Assembly: GCA_951406725.2 (NCBI GenBank) | Contig: OX597825.1 | Location: 58,466,001 to 58,530,000, forward strand | DNA: 64,000 nucleotides | Direction of reading: 5' to 3' | Source of the DNA: Octopus vulgaris | Taxonomy: Eukaryota | Shown: positions 51,447 to 63,837 of the stretch, piece after piece | Numbering within the stretch: position 1 is the first letter of the stretch | Layout of the letters: every line of letters begins with the position of its first letter | Translations under genes and position numbers: made by a program | The notes under the pieces: generated by a model | Told to the model about the DNA's origin: nothing | Database searches by the model: none | What the model saw: the letters and a program-made list of their open reading frames with translations, nothing else

Positions 51447-53283
51447 CTGGCGGTTCTTTCCTGCAACATTCTCAAAATGCAATCTCTCAATGTGGAGAGA
51501 AGTAAGGTTTGACCTGGTGGGATTCCCTGATCTCTGAGCTATACATCCTGTTGAGTAACATTACTCCAGAGATCCCTTTGGAGGAACACCATTTCTGCCG
51601 CTTGCATTTATGATTACCATGTGATCATATTGGCCAAGGCATGTTAACTAGAATTCTTGATTACTTAACCATCTTCTAACAGAAAATAGGTACTGCAATG
51701 TACAAAACATTGATATGAGGAGCGGCAGCACAGCAGAATAATGGCTTCTGTTAGATATTCAGGAGTATAGTTCTTAATTTGTATATCTTGGATAGGAATG
51801 GATTTTGTCAAACAGTGATAATAACCTAGCACGGTTAATATATTATGAAGCCTTAGTATAAGTCAGTATAATACTGAGGGAATTTGGGTAATAATTCTTC
51901 TTGAAAAATGCATCAAAAAGATTTTTGTGGTCATGTGAACTAAGTTATCACTCAATGAATAGCTTCTGGTATCAATTTAAAAAAAAGTATTTCTTACATT
52001 TGATGTCTAAACAATTTTGGTACAACCCTATAGTAATATAAGTATATATGTGTGTGTATGTACACACACACACACATATATATATATATATGCATATGTA
52101 CCTATAACAAAAGACATATATATATCAATACAAATGAATACTTGTAATATATTACTTCTGTGTGCACATTATAAATATCTACAAACTTATATACTGCTCT
52201 CCACACAGATTTAACAAGCAAACAAACAAATCAACAACAAAGCAAAAAAGAGTTTGAGAAAAAAAGACAAAAATCACAACAGAACAACTTGAAGATCACA
52301 AGAGATCTTTTATATAAGAAAATCTATGATTGACTAAAATTTTCTTAGCTTTAAAATTTCTGTTTATTTATTTATTTATTTATTGGCAAATATTAAATAC
52401 AAGATATAAGATATTCTCTAAAATGCAAAAACATGATAAAAAAATTTCAGAAAAATTTTTGAAATAAAAATAAATTCTAAAAAAACCGAATTAAACTTGT
52501 ATAATATTTGAAATTCTAATAACAATCTTTTTTCTACTTCATCTCTGAAATCCCATTTCTTTCATGTGATGCTAACATTTCAAAATCTTATTTTCCTTCC
52601 TTCCTTCTTTCCTTTCTCTTCCTCATCTTAATTTTAGTTTTCTACTTTTGATTTTCAATTTATTCACTTGTGAATTGAAAACTGTTTACATCAGAGGAAT
52701 TCTTAATATTCTCTCCTAAAATATATGCTGGCGTCAGGGAGGAGATGTCTTCAAGAAGCTGTAAGAATTTAAGATTTTCTAGTTTCTATCATTGTGTTGG
52801 GTTACAAGGAGAGTTTGTGCTAAAGAGCACATGATAAATTACCAACAAGTCAAAATGACAAACTGGTTTCCATTCCTTGTGGAATCCAGTTCATTTCACT
52901 AACACCATTAATACTCTTTACAAAGTATTGTTTTCCCTGTGATTCCCTGTTTGCTCTTGTGCTTAGTTCATGAACTGATGGAAGCTAATTTATTTCACTT
53001 AAACTATTAATATTTTTGCAAAAGCATGAACCTCATGTAATCTCTTCCCTCTATACATCAATGACTTGTCTTGTGTACATAAACTTTATCATGAATTTGC
53101 CAGAATGTCAGTGAAACCAAAAAGTAAATATAAAAAAAATGAAAAATGGTGACTGTCTTATTCTTCATCTCAGTGTCTATATTTTTAGCCTTCTGTAATG
53201 GTGTCAAGTCTTGTCTCTTTAGGGCTTTCATTTTACCTTGCATTTTTTTCTCAAGATTGTTAAAGAAAGTACCAGTCACATAA

Positions 53284-53502
53284 CAAAGTTTTTACCTGGG
53301 CTAAAAAATCCAAACTCCTTAAAATTCATCCAATGTTAGTATGGAGTTGTTTGACATTGCCGAGATATTTAGCCTTATAGATCTTAGATACATCAATAAC
53401 AAATTTCACCAAAATAGATATAACCTTCTATGGAGATGATAGGTTTGATAGATCCCAGTAAGCCAATGGACATACTTTAGATCCATTTAGGAAAGACATT
53501 AC
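53284..53502 (+). pseudogene. Third decayed Penelope-like RT fragment
   Basis: WAKKS..NVSMELFDIAEI..KIDITFYGDDRF..NGHTLDPFRKDI. Confidence 0.65.
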
Positions 53503-53944
53503 TGGTTTCAAATTTTGGCACAAGGACAGCAATTTGGAGGGAAGGTTAAGTCGATTACATCAACTCCAGTGCTCAACTGGTACTTATATTATCGATCCTC
53601 AAAGGATGAAAGGCAAAGTTGTCGTCGGTGAATTTGAACTCAGGAAGAAAGGCCTCTAAGCATCATACCTGGCATGCTAATGATTCTGCCAGTTCACTGC
53701 CTTTTGAAAAGACATTATTAACAGCTTCAAAAGGCAGTGAGCTAGCAGAATCGTTAGCACACCGGGCAAAATGTTTAGCGGTATTTCATCTGCCGCTACA
53801 TTCTGAGTTCAAATTCCACCAAGGTCGACTTTATTTTTCATCCTTTCGGGGTTGATAAATTAAGTACCAGTTGAGTACTGGGGTCGATCTAATCGACTTG
53901 CCCCCTCCCCCAAAATTTCGGGCCTTGTGCCTAGAGTAGAAAAG
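53503..53944. mobile_element. Head-to-head pair of family B SINEs
   Basis: Minus copy 53503-53703; plus copy 53731-53944 with 17-bp TSD ATTATTAACAGCTTCAA. Confidence 0.85.
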
Positions 53945-54110
53945 ATTATTAACAGCTTCAATAGTTGAGGTCTAGAAATAACTATCACAACTATTCTAAA
54001 TATTGTAAATTTCTAAAATGTTACTCCAAGACAAATCTGAACAATATAGCAAATTTAATAAAAAGTCTCAAAACTTAATATAGATAATAGAAGCACATAT
54101 ACATACATAA

Positions 54111-54159
<49 letters not shown>

Positions 54160-54462
54160 TCTCATATTTGGGAGGATATAAAAAAAGTTACATTGCTCAA
54201 CATGTTCTTAAATGAATCTAAAAAAGGAAAACTAATATAATAATAAAATGCAAAAAAAGGAAATGAATACTTAGTGAAATAAATCTTCGACATTTTGTAA
54301 GATTAAAAGAGAGAAACAGTGAAATAACTTTAAAAACATTTAATAAACTTTTAAATATTGAACAGAAAAATGAGGAGTTAAAAAATTGTGAAATGTGAAA
54401 GTGCTTTGTTTTGTCTCTGTCTGGTTTTCTCTGCTTTTGTGTAAAATAAATAGGTAGGTAGG

Positions 54463-54660
54463 TATGTATGTATGTATGTATACTTGTATGTATGTATGTA
54501 TGTATGTATGTATGTATGTATGTATGTGTATGTATGTATGTATGTATGTATGTATGTATGTATGTATGTATGTATGTATGTATGTATGTATGTATGTATG
54601 TATGTATGTATGTATGTACGTATGTATGTATGGTTGTATGTATGTACATATGTATGTATG
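54463..54660. repeat. (TATG)n microsatellite
   Basis: About 200 bp of near-perfect tetranucleotide repeat. Confidence 0.95.
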
Positions 54661-54704
54661 TTCATTTGTTCTCTTCTATTTTTAATTATTTAATTTCTTC
54701 CTCT

Positions 54705-55790
54705 TAGGAACGAGCTGGTTTCTAAAAAAGATTTAATGCTCCATTGTTGAAACGTAGATAACAAAAGTAATGTTACATTTTAAACTTAAGAAAAGTCTTA
54801 CATATTTTTACTGTTCCATTTACAGATTGTATTTGTAATGTGTGAGTTAGTTGATTTCTTTTTCTGAAAACTCTAGCATATCCAGATTGTCACTTAGGCA
54901 TTCTGTCGGTTACGACGATGAGGGTTCTAGTTGATCCAGTCAATGGAACAGCCCACTCATGAAATTAATCTGCAAGTAGCTGAGCACTCCACAAACACAT
55001 GTACCCCTAACATAGTTCTCAGGGAGATTCAGCATGACATAGAGTATGACAAGGCTGGCGCTTTGAAATCCAGGTACTACACATTTTTGCCAGCTGAGTG
55101 GATTGGAGCAACATGAAATAAAGTGTCTTGCCCAAGGACACAGTACATCACCAGGAATGGAACTCACAGCTTTACGATTGTGAGCTGAATACCCTAACCA
55201 CTAAACCACACGCCTTCACTGTACCAACTATTATTGTATAAATGTGAATTTACAATCTGGATACAGAAGCTGAAGGTTTTGAAGTAGTTGTCCATAGTTA
55301 TCCTCTTTCCCTTTGAGAGATTTGCATCAGCAGGTCAGCTGACATCTATGATGGTGTATACTTTTTCTTATAAGCCCCAAATAGCAAAATCTGGCCTCCC
55401 TTATTAACACTTCACAGCTGTTTTAATGGGAATGTTCCACCAATATTCTTTGTGTTGATATTTGTGTGTGTAATCAAAAAGGGTATTCTCTCTATTTATT
55501 CCAGGATAGTCTGTCTTCCATATGGCATTGTATATTGTTTTTGTAACAACTTTGTATTGCATAGAGTGCTAGTACCTTGATAACATTTTTAGGCAGCTAC
55601 TATCCACAGAAATATGACAATTTACATTTTTGGTTGCATCTTGGAGCACTAAAGGCATCCTTCACTGTCTTATTTATTAGATATTTTGTAGCAATCTCAT
55701 GTTCTTGGATTGTAAATGGATAGCCTTTGAAGTGTGATGTGATGCAGCAATCATATCAATAATACTGTCTTCTTCAAGTCTTCAGGGAAC
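54705..55790 (-). mobile_element. Second copy of the RLE non-LTR element, split by a family D SINE (54900-55219)
   Basis: Reverse complement aligns with 4150-5200 (WWNIPIK, EDNY, GTV..CKTFL). Confidence 0.75.
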
Positions 55791-55821
<31 letters not shown>

Positions 55822-55874
55822 TGTATGTATGTATTATGTATGTATATATGCATGTATGTATATATGCATGTATT

Positions 55875-56178
55875 TGTGGAGTCGCAATGACCTAGTGGTT
55901 AGGGCAGCAGACTCGCGGTCGGAGGATCATGGTTTCAATTCCCAGACTGGGCGTTGTGTGTGTTTATTGAGCGAAAACACCTAAAGCTCCATGAAGCTCC
56001 AGTAGGGGGTGGTGGCGACCCCTGTTGTACTCTTTCGCCCCAACTTTCTCTCACTCTCTCTTCCCGTTTCTTGAGTAATGTTGCGATGGACTGGCATCCT
56101 GTCCAGCTGGGGGGAACACATACGCAACAGAAATCGGGAAACCGGGCCTATGAGCCTGGCTAGGCTTGAAAAGGGCGA
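55875..56178 (+). mobile_element. SINE family C, tail variant 2
   Basis: Homologous to 29336-29656. Confidence 0.85.
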
Positions 56179-56519
56179 AAAAAAAGAAAGAAAGTATTTA
56201 TGTATGTATATATGTATGTATGCATGTATAAAGCTAGAATAGTGGTTACCACCTTGAAGGTGGTGCTGCACAAACTGATATATGCATACTTGGTATCCAC
56301 AGAATATTCCAAGTATGTATATATTAGCTAGTGCAGCCCCACCTTTAAGGTCAGAGCTGGTAATCACTATTCTAGCATTAAATCTTGACTGAAAACTAGC
56401 AGCAGTTCTTTATCTAAGCTCATTCATAACCTAAAACAAAACTTAGCCCTAAAGAATTTTAAATAGTTCATTGTTACCCATGCCAAACCATATAATAGTT
56501 ATCAACAACAAATGTAATA

Positions 56520-56873
56520 CAGTTCTATGTTTAAGACATGAGGAATTATGTACATTATTTACAATTGACAGATATTTGTCCTCATCTTGTTTGTTGTTAA
56601 CACAATGTTTCAGCTGATATACCCATGGGTATATGGCATAGTGGTTAAGAGCGCGAGCTACTAACCCCAAGATTCCGAGTTCAATTCCAGGCAGTGACCT
56701 GAATAATAATAATAATAATAAAAATAATAAAATCAAAAAATACCTTAGGAATTAGAACTCAGGTTCGAAATTTCCCCAAGACACCTGATGAAGGCTGGAA
56801 GGTATATTAGCCGAAACGTTGTGTTAACAACAAACAAGATGAGGACAAATATCTGTCAAATGTAAATAATGTA
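56520..56873 (+). mobile_element. Fold-back element: tRNA-derived head + (AAT)n + hammerhead + tail
   Basis: A box TGGCATAGTGG at 56634; B box GAGTTCAATTCC at 56677; arms 56551-56623 and 56801-56873. Confidence 0.85.
56780..56825 (+). ncRNA. Minimal type-I hammerhead ribozyme
   Basis: GACAC-CTGATGA-A-GGCT..AGCC-GAAAC-GTT-GTGTT; palindromic AACGTT in place of a stem III hairpin. Confidence 0.75.
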
Positions 56874-57658
56874 AATAACGAACAAATGTGATCTCTGTAT
56901 TGGAGAAGTCTTATCTATTATGCAATGCAGCAATTGCCTAAATGAACAGAGTGACCTAATTCTAAATTGCAAATGCAAGTTATGTAACACATTCTTAAAG
57001 TTCAAATAATAGTGTCCTTCCCAGTTATTCCCTAGTTAATCCTCCTGTATCTCCATCCTCAACTTGAAGCTTATCTATGTATTTAGCTACCATTATGTTT
57101 TTTTCTTAGCCCTGTGATCTCTCTACATCACACACAACAGCCGGTCTGGGAATCGAAACAGCAATCCTCCGACTGCGAGTCCGCTGCTCTAACCACTGGG
57201 CCATTGCACCTCCACAAATACATACATACATGCATATATACATACATACATACATACACATGAGAATATGCAGGTGCATATGCACACATGCACACCTACA
57301 GGATACTATAGGTGCATAGAGAATGTACTCATGGGGATGTGAATGTTAAGTAGTAAGCCACTAATTTAACTCTGACTGTTATGTTCCCATTATGTCTAGA
57401 AACTTTATCACCCAGCTCCTCCTCTTTCTTCTCCATCCTCTCTTCTTCCTTCCTAGCAAATCCCCCTTACTCCCACTCCTAAATATTTGATCTCTTCTCT
57501 TCCTTTTCTTCTCATTCTTGACCATTTCACTTCTAAAAATTCTTTTTTCTTTTTTGATTAGGTATAAATATATATGCATGCATGTAATAAAATATATATT
57601 TCCTGCTGATATAGTAAAATGACTTAATATCCACAATGACTTACCTCTCAGGTAGCAT

Positions 57659-57704
<46 letters not shown>

Positions 57705-59904
57705 TTTGAAGGTAGGGACAAATGCAGAGTAGATAAAACAGGGGGCAACTGATGAAGGGAATGCTCTTTATGTTGCCTGTCTCGTTTATGTTCTTGTTTC
57801 TCTTTTTGTTCACGTTTTTTTTTATGTCCTGTACCCATATATGCCTGTATATATACATATATATATGTAAGTATGTACATATATGTATGTATATATGCAT
57901 ATACTTACATATTATTTATATTATATATACATATATATGGATACACTAGTAGTGAAGCTGTAAAGAACTAACCATAATCAGTTTTGGTTTTGGTTTTTTT
58001 AATTAAAAAAAACTATTTTAAAAAATTGGAAAAATTTATTTTGCAGTTTCTAAATCTCTGATATTTAAAATGTAAACAGCTAAAGACTGTTTAGAGAACA
58101 AAATATATTAAGAATAAAAATAAAAAGTAGAATAAGCTTTTAAAAAATCCATACTTAAATGACTTTTCCAATTTGTTCAGGATAAGAATTTAATTACAAA
58201 ATGCAAACAAAATATATTTATACTTTACAAATGCTGAAGAAATTTATTTACGTACAAAATTTACTACGGCTGTAAATACCTAATGCACAAAACATGCCTG
58301 AGTTTCAAAACATTTAAAAAAAAGCAATTTTTTAAAGAAGTTAAATTTATAAGTCAAGGACACTTTGAAGACTTTTTTTTCTTCTTTTAGATATATGTAT
58401 AATGTATAATATAGAGGGTTGCTAAAATATTCTCACTGAAACTAATATCATCATCATCATCTATCATCTTTTAGTGTTTGTTTTCCATGCTGACGTGGGT
58501 TGGGTGTTTTGATCAGAGCTGGCAAGCTGACGAGCAGCACCAGGTTCCACTTTGATTTGGCTTGGTTTCTACAGCTGGATGTTGTTTCTTTGCAATGTGT
58601 GCTGGATGCAATTAATATGGCACCAGCAAGAGTGTTCCTCTGTGGAACTGGCACAAATGCTTTTTATGTGACACTAGCACAGGGCTTTTTCAGGCTTTTT
58701 CAAGCCAATCCACTTCATCATCATCATCGTTTAACATCTATTTTCCATGCTTCTTCTGTCCAGATTTACTAATTCAGATTTTGTCCAACCTACAAATTCT
58801 GCTGAATATTTAAATAACAATATTTGCCCAAGTATTTACAGCCTCAAGTTGGTAGAATCATCCATGCTTAGAAGCATTTCTTGTACCTCTTTACTTTGTG
58901 TTCAAATCCTGCTCAGGTCAACTTTTTATTTCATTCTTTTGTGGACAATAAAATAAAATACCAATCATGTATTGGGTGTGATGGTATTACTTCATATATT
59001 TTTTAAATGCTTCTTTATGTAAGTAACCCCACATTGTATAGTCCAGTACCATCTCCAACGTTCTTTGGGAACCATTAGTGGTGAATATAGAAAGCATTAT
59101 TATTATTAAGACAACAACCTGGTGGAACCATTATCATGCCAGACAAAATACTTAGTGGTATTTTATCCATCTTTACATTCTGAGCTTAAATTCCACTGAG
59201 GTCAACTTTGCCTTTCATCCTTTCAGGGTTGATAAGTACTAATCAGCTACTGGGGTCATGCCTCAGCTTACATCACTTATTGTTTCCAAGACATACGACT
59301 TAACTCATAATAAAACATAACATGCATTTTAAGAACACTTTGAATCTTTATTAACTTATATATGTTTTAATAAATGGTTTATACATATTTTCACACATAT
59401 TTTATTTGATTTTACCACTTTTATATTGTTTTTTTTTGTCAAACATTTTATGCTTTTAAATATGTTGTCTGAGACTAATGTAAAGATGGATAAATTGACT
59501 GAAGAAGAGGCTTATTTTTCCCATGAATTTCTTGAAAGAAAAAAATGACATAAAGTTTGCACTTACCCAATAACAAAAAAGAACATACCTTGATGCACAC
59601 ACCTCAGCAACATGTAAATGTAGCAGGTGATCCAGTAGAAATTTGCCTGAAACTATCAAGTGTCAAATAATAATAATAATAATAATAATCCTTTCTACTA
59701 AAGGCACAGGCCTGAAATTTGGGGGCTTGGGACTAGTTGATTACATCGATTCCAGTCTTCCACTGGTACTTAGTTTATCGACATACTGAAAAGATGAAAG
59801 GCAACAGTTTACCTCAACAGAATTTGAACTTAAAATGTAGTGATGGGCAAAATACTGGTAAGCATTTCATCTAGCATGCTAATAATAATAATAATAATGA
59901 TAAG

Positions 59905-60400
59905 TTTTATCAAGTACATGTTTTATCTTGGTATAAAAGATGGGCTACAGCAAATATTTTGCTCAATACCACAGATTTGCTTGTCAGTTGTTTGACCTTA
60001 ACCAGTTGAGCATGTCTCTTGGTGGCTGACGATATGTGCATCTCTGATCATGAGCAGAAGTAGTGGGGGAGCATCTTAGCCATGTCTTGAGAAGGATTCT
60101 TTGGAGTTTGAATGATTCACCTCTGGAAACATGGGTGTTGTTCAACGTCCTTAAACAAACCTTATTCAGGGACCTTTTGAGTGGAATGGGCTACTCAGCT
60201 TGAAGAAAAATTGTAACTGGGTCTCACCTGCAAGGTCATGCACTGTTTATCTTGATATGAGATCACCATGTTGTGCACATATGGTTGTGATGCATGTGCC
60301 TGGTGTACCCTTATTAGACAGGTAGTCATGATGGATATATTGGGCTTCCTTATATATGTACCCCAGTGTCACTTTGATGGCATGTGCTACTCTCTCACTC
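59905..60400 (+). mobile_element. 5'-truncated copy of the (TAA)n-inserted 556-bp element
   Basis: Aligns with the reverse complement of 22809-23300; flanked by (TAA)n. Confidence 0.8.
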
Positions 60401-60420
60401 AATTATAATAATGATAATGA

Positions 60421-60680
60421 GATGTGATACCAATAGTAATTGGCACACTTGGAAGTATCAGCACTCAAATACCAACATGACTGAAAAAGATTGGTGCAAG
60501 TGTGAAGGTAGAACACTTACAAAAATAAGCATTGCTTGGAACTGTAAGAATTCTTCACAGGGTTCTTGAAGCACAACCAGTAAACAAGTGTCACCTTAGT
60601 CTGCTGGCTGTGGACGGCTGACACTTTCTTTCATACCCAGCAAAATAAGCTGAGAGTTTTCATATAATAATAATAATAAT
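60421..60680 (+). mobile_element. R4/Dong-like non-LTR retrotransposon 3' end with (TAA)n tail
   Basis: DVIPIVIGTLGSI..LQK*ALLGTVRILHRVLE, typical of R4-clade RLE C-termini. Confidence 0.75.
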
Positions 60681-61991
60681 CATCATCATCATACTAATGA
60701 TTGTTTCAAATTTTGGCACCAGGCCAGCAGTTCTTGAGGTGAGTAGAAGTTAATTACATAGACTCCAGTACTTGACTGGTTCTTATTTTATGAAAAGGAT
60801 GAAAAGCAATGTTGACTTTGGTGGAATTTAAACTCAGTGGTTTCAAATTCTGGCACAAAGGGAGCAATTTTTGTGGGTGGAGAAGTTTAGACAATCCTTT
60901 CAATTTCATACTTGACTGATACTTTATTTTATCACACCTGAAAAAACAAAAGGCGGTGGGATTTGAACTCAGAATGTCAAGAGCCAAAGCAAATGCCACT
61001 ACCAGTACTTTTCCTGGTGCTCTAATGATTTTGTTAATCCACCAACCTTGATCTGATACTAAAAAATTACAACAACAGCAATATGCTGGTATTTACAAAC
61101 AAAAATTAACTTGCTATAATTATTATCATGTGATTGATTCTTTATATTGAGAAAGTTGAAAATTGATATTTTTATGCAAAATAAAATTTCATTTTGAATC
61201 TTGGCTTCTCTTATAATTAATCAATACATCAATAATACATCACTGCTAACATGGTTACTCATAAAGTTTTGGAAAACAGCCTGAGAATGTTCTAGATTGT
61301 CATGAAAACTATTTGAAAATCTTCCAATCTGCATTCTAGTTGAACAATGCAAAATTTTATACGAAATAAAAATCTCTATTTAACAATAGCCAAAATAAAC
61401 GTTGTTTGGTTGGTTTCTCCAGTTACATTTTACATTGTATATTGAGTGGGAGAGAGAGAGAGATTAAGATAGAGATAACAAGACAGTTAACCTAAATGGT
61501 ACAGGATATGTGCATATCCAGTTTGATGTATCACTGCCTATTCTAATTCTTATAACTTTCTGCAAAATGCACAATTTTTTTAAGGAAGTCTTGCAGATGC
61601 TGGTTTTGGTTTAAGTAGATTCCGATAATCTTTTAATTTTCATCTTTTACCTGTTTCACTCATTGAACTGCAACCACATGCTGGGGCACCACCTTGAAGG
61701 GTTTTGCTGAAAAAAAATCAACCCCAGTGCTTATTTTTAGGTGTGGTATTTTTTCTATTGGTCTTGTTTGCCAAACTGCTAAGTTACCGGAATATAAACA
61801 AACATATCACAGACACTCACACAGATGTATACATATATACATACACACAAACACACACACACACACACACACGCACAGATGTATACATGTGTACATCACA
61901 TTCACACACACACACAACAGGTCAATTCTAACTGATTGAACTACTTAACAATTATAGTCTGCTTCCAGTGTTTAGAGTAATGAACTGATGC

Positions 61992-62370
61992 TTATTACTT
62001 CTGCTTTGTTAAGACAGAGGTATTGTTTTCAGTCGCATTTGTTTGTTTGCTTGTTGATTTGTTTGTCTGTGGACAAGATATTTCAAGAACTGCCTGATGG
62101 ATTCGAATGAAACTTTCAGGTATGTTTGGCCTTGTGATTGCCATGAACTGATTATCCAGTACCAATCCAGTACCAAACAAGGATTCTGGATTATTTTTCC
62201 TGTTTTTTTACTTAATTTTTGAGAGTGGTCAGGTTCATTTTTAGTATTCTCGTTTGTGAGAGCAGTTAAGTTTATTTCAGATATTCTCATTTTAAAAATC
62301 ATCTCAGGCTAATCATTAGAGGATGTTGGCATTGACTTGGCAGAAGTTTGCACTCTCTGAGTGCTTTTGT
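61992..62370 (+). mobile_element. Helentron-associated (HINE/DINE-1-like) non-autonomous element
   Basis: 5' TTATTACTTCTGC..ACAGAGGTA subTIR/hairpin; (GTTT)n; GGATTCGAATGAAACTTT; 3' GGCAGAAGT plus GCACTC-TCT-GAGTGC hairpin. Confidence 0.75.
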
Positions 62371-62597
62371 TTGTTTATTTATTCATTTATTTCATTATAC
62401 ATCACAATTAGTTAATAACATCATTAGTTTAGATTGCAAATTGGTCATTTATTGGCTTACTGTAATTCTGAGGGAGAGAGTGACAGTGGAGTGTCTGCAA
62501 ATTGGTGCAGAACAGATATTGTCATAGACATCTCCCAAACAACATTTGTTTGTCTTCCAGGTGACTGTACGTGTAATATAATATATAATATCATTAG

Positions 62598-62759
62598 AGG
62601 TGCTGGCATGGCCGTGTGGTAAGAAGCTTGCTTCCCAACCAAATTGGTTCTGGGTTCAGTCCCAATGCATGGCATCTTGGATAAGTGTCTTCTATTATGA
62701 CGTTGGGCTGATCAAAGTGTTGTGAGTGGATTTGGTAGACAGAAGCTGAAAGAAGCCTG

Positions 62760-62810
<51 letters not shown>

Positions 62811-62905
62811 TTCGTTTGTCCCCGACTCATCCACCCACCACTTGACAACTTATGTACCTGTAACTTAGCAGTTCAGCAAAAGAAATTGAAGGAATAAATA
62901 CCAGA
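62598..62905 (+). mobile_element. SINE family A (3' part degraded)
   Basis: Head and internal (TA)n are recognisable. Confidence 0.8.
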
Positions 62906-63639
62906 GGAAAAATAGGAGATGAGAGAGAGAGAGAGAGATTCAGTGGGTTGCCACAAAACTTCTATCTGCCAAATTCCATACAAAAGCAATTGGTCAATTG
63001 AATATAATGTAGAAAATCTCTTAACCACACAGCTATTGCAGTCAAAGAGGTTGGGGCAAAAAGACTAAAATTCCAGCACAAAGACAAAAATTCCTCTACC
63101 ATCCAATGTATTGAACATAGACAATCTGTGTGTTAAAAGATCCTTCTGATAGTAACCAAAATTCCTTGATAAATCCAATACTTATAGACCCACATTGTTC
63201 CAATAATGGTGCAGACATTCTTCAATGTAGCCATGTATTGATTGAAGTAGGAGATATAAGCTAAGAAATATTTCAAAATTCTATAGATGTTGCGTGGTTA
63301 AAAAACTTGCTTTGCAACCATGAGGTTTTGAGTTCAGTCCCACTGTGCAGCACCTTGAGCAAATGTCTTCTATGCTAGCTCTGGGCTGACCAATGCCTTC
63401 TGAATGAATTTGGCAGATGGAAACCGCATGGAAGCCTGTTATATATATGTATGTATGCATGATTTTTCTTGGAGTTTTATCTAAGTTCTTCTTGAGAGAA
63501 TTCGCTAACAAAGCTACAAGACTTTATGAGATGAGAGAGCTCCCAGTATTTACAAATATGTGGTTGAGTTTAGTGTCTTGATTGAACTGTTGATACATAC
63601 ACTCAAATGTGTGCATCTATTCACACAAGAATCTCAGAT

Positions 63640-63785
63640 GGAGAATTTTTCAAATGTCTTACAAATCTTCACTGTTCCACTCATAAACTGGATTTGGAGA
63701 ATCCTTATCAGTTTCTTTTATTCTTTCTCCATGAAACTGAGTATTTCTATGCTTTTGTGCAAATTTGTTAGTACATTGATACTGC
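63640..63785 (-). mobile_element. RLE non-LTR element C-terminal remnant
   Basis: Minus-strand KKLIRILQIQFMSGTVKICKTF, homologous to the end of 4150-5200. Confidence 0.6.
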
Positions 63786-63837
63786 CAGCTTCCCTTAGAT
63801 GTCAGCTTTCCTTGGCTGCCAGCTTCCCCTGGCACCT

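Noticed and set aside
56627-56700. Functional tRNA gene
   Set aside because: A and B boxes are present, but the acceptor and anticodon stems do not pair properly; it is a SINE head. The same applies to 38756-38830.
792-57949. Many ORFs rich in YI/HT/CV dipeptides or His/Thr/Val runs
   Set aside because: They are translations of di-, tri- and tetranucleotide microsatellites, with no domain content or splice structure.
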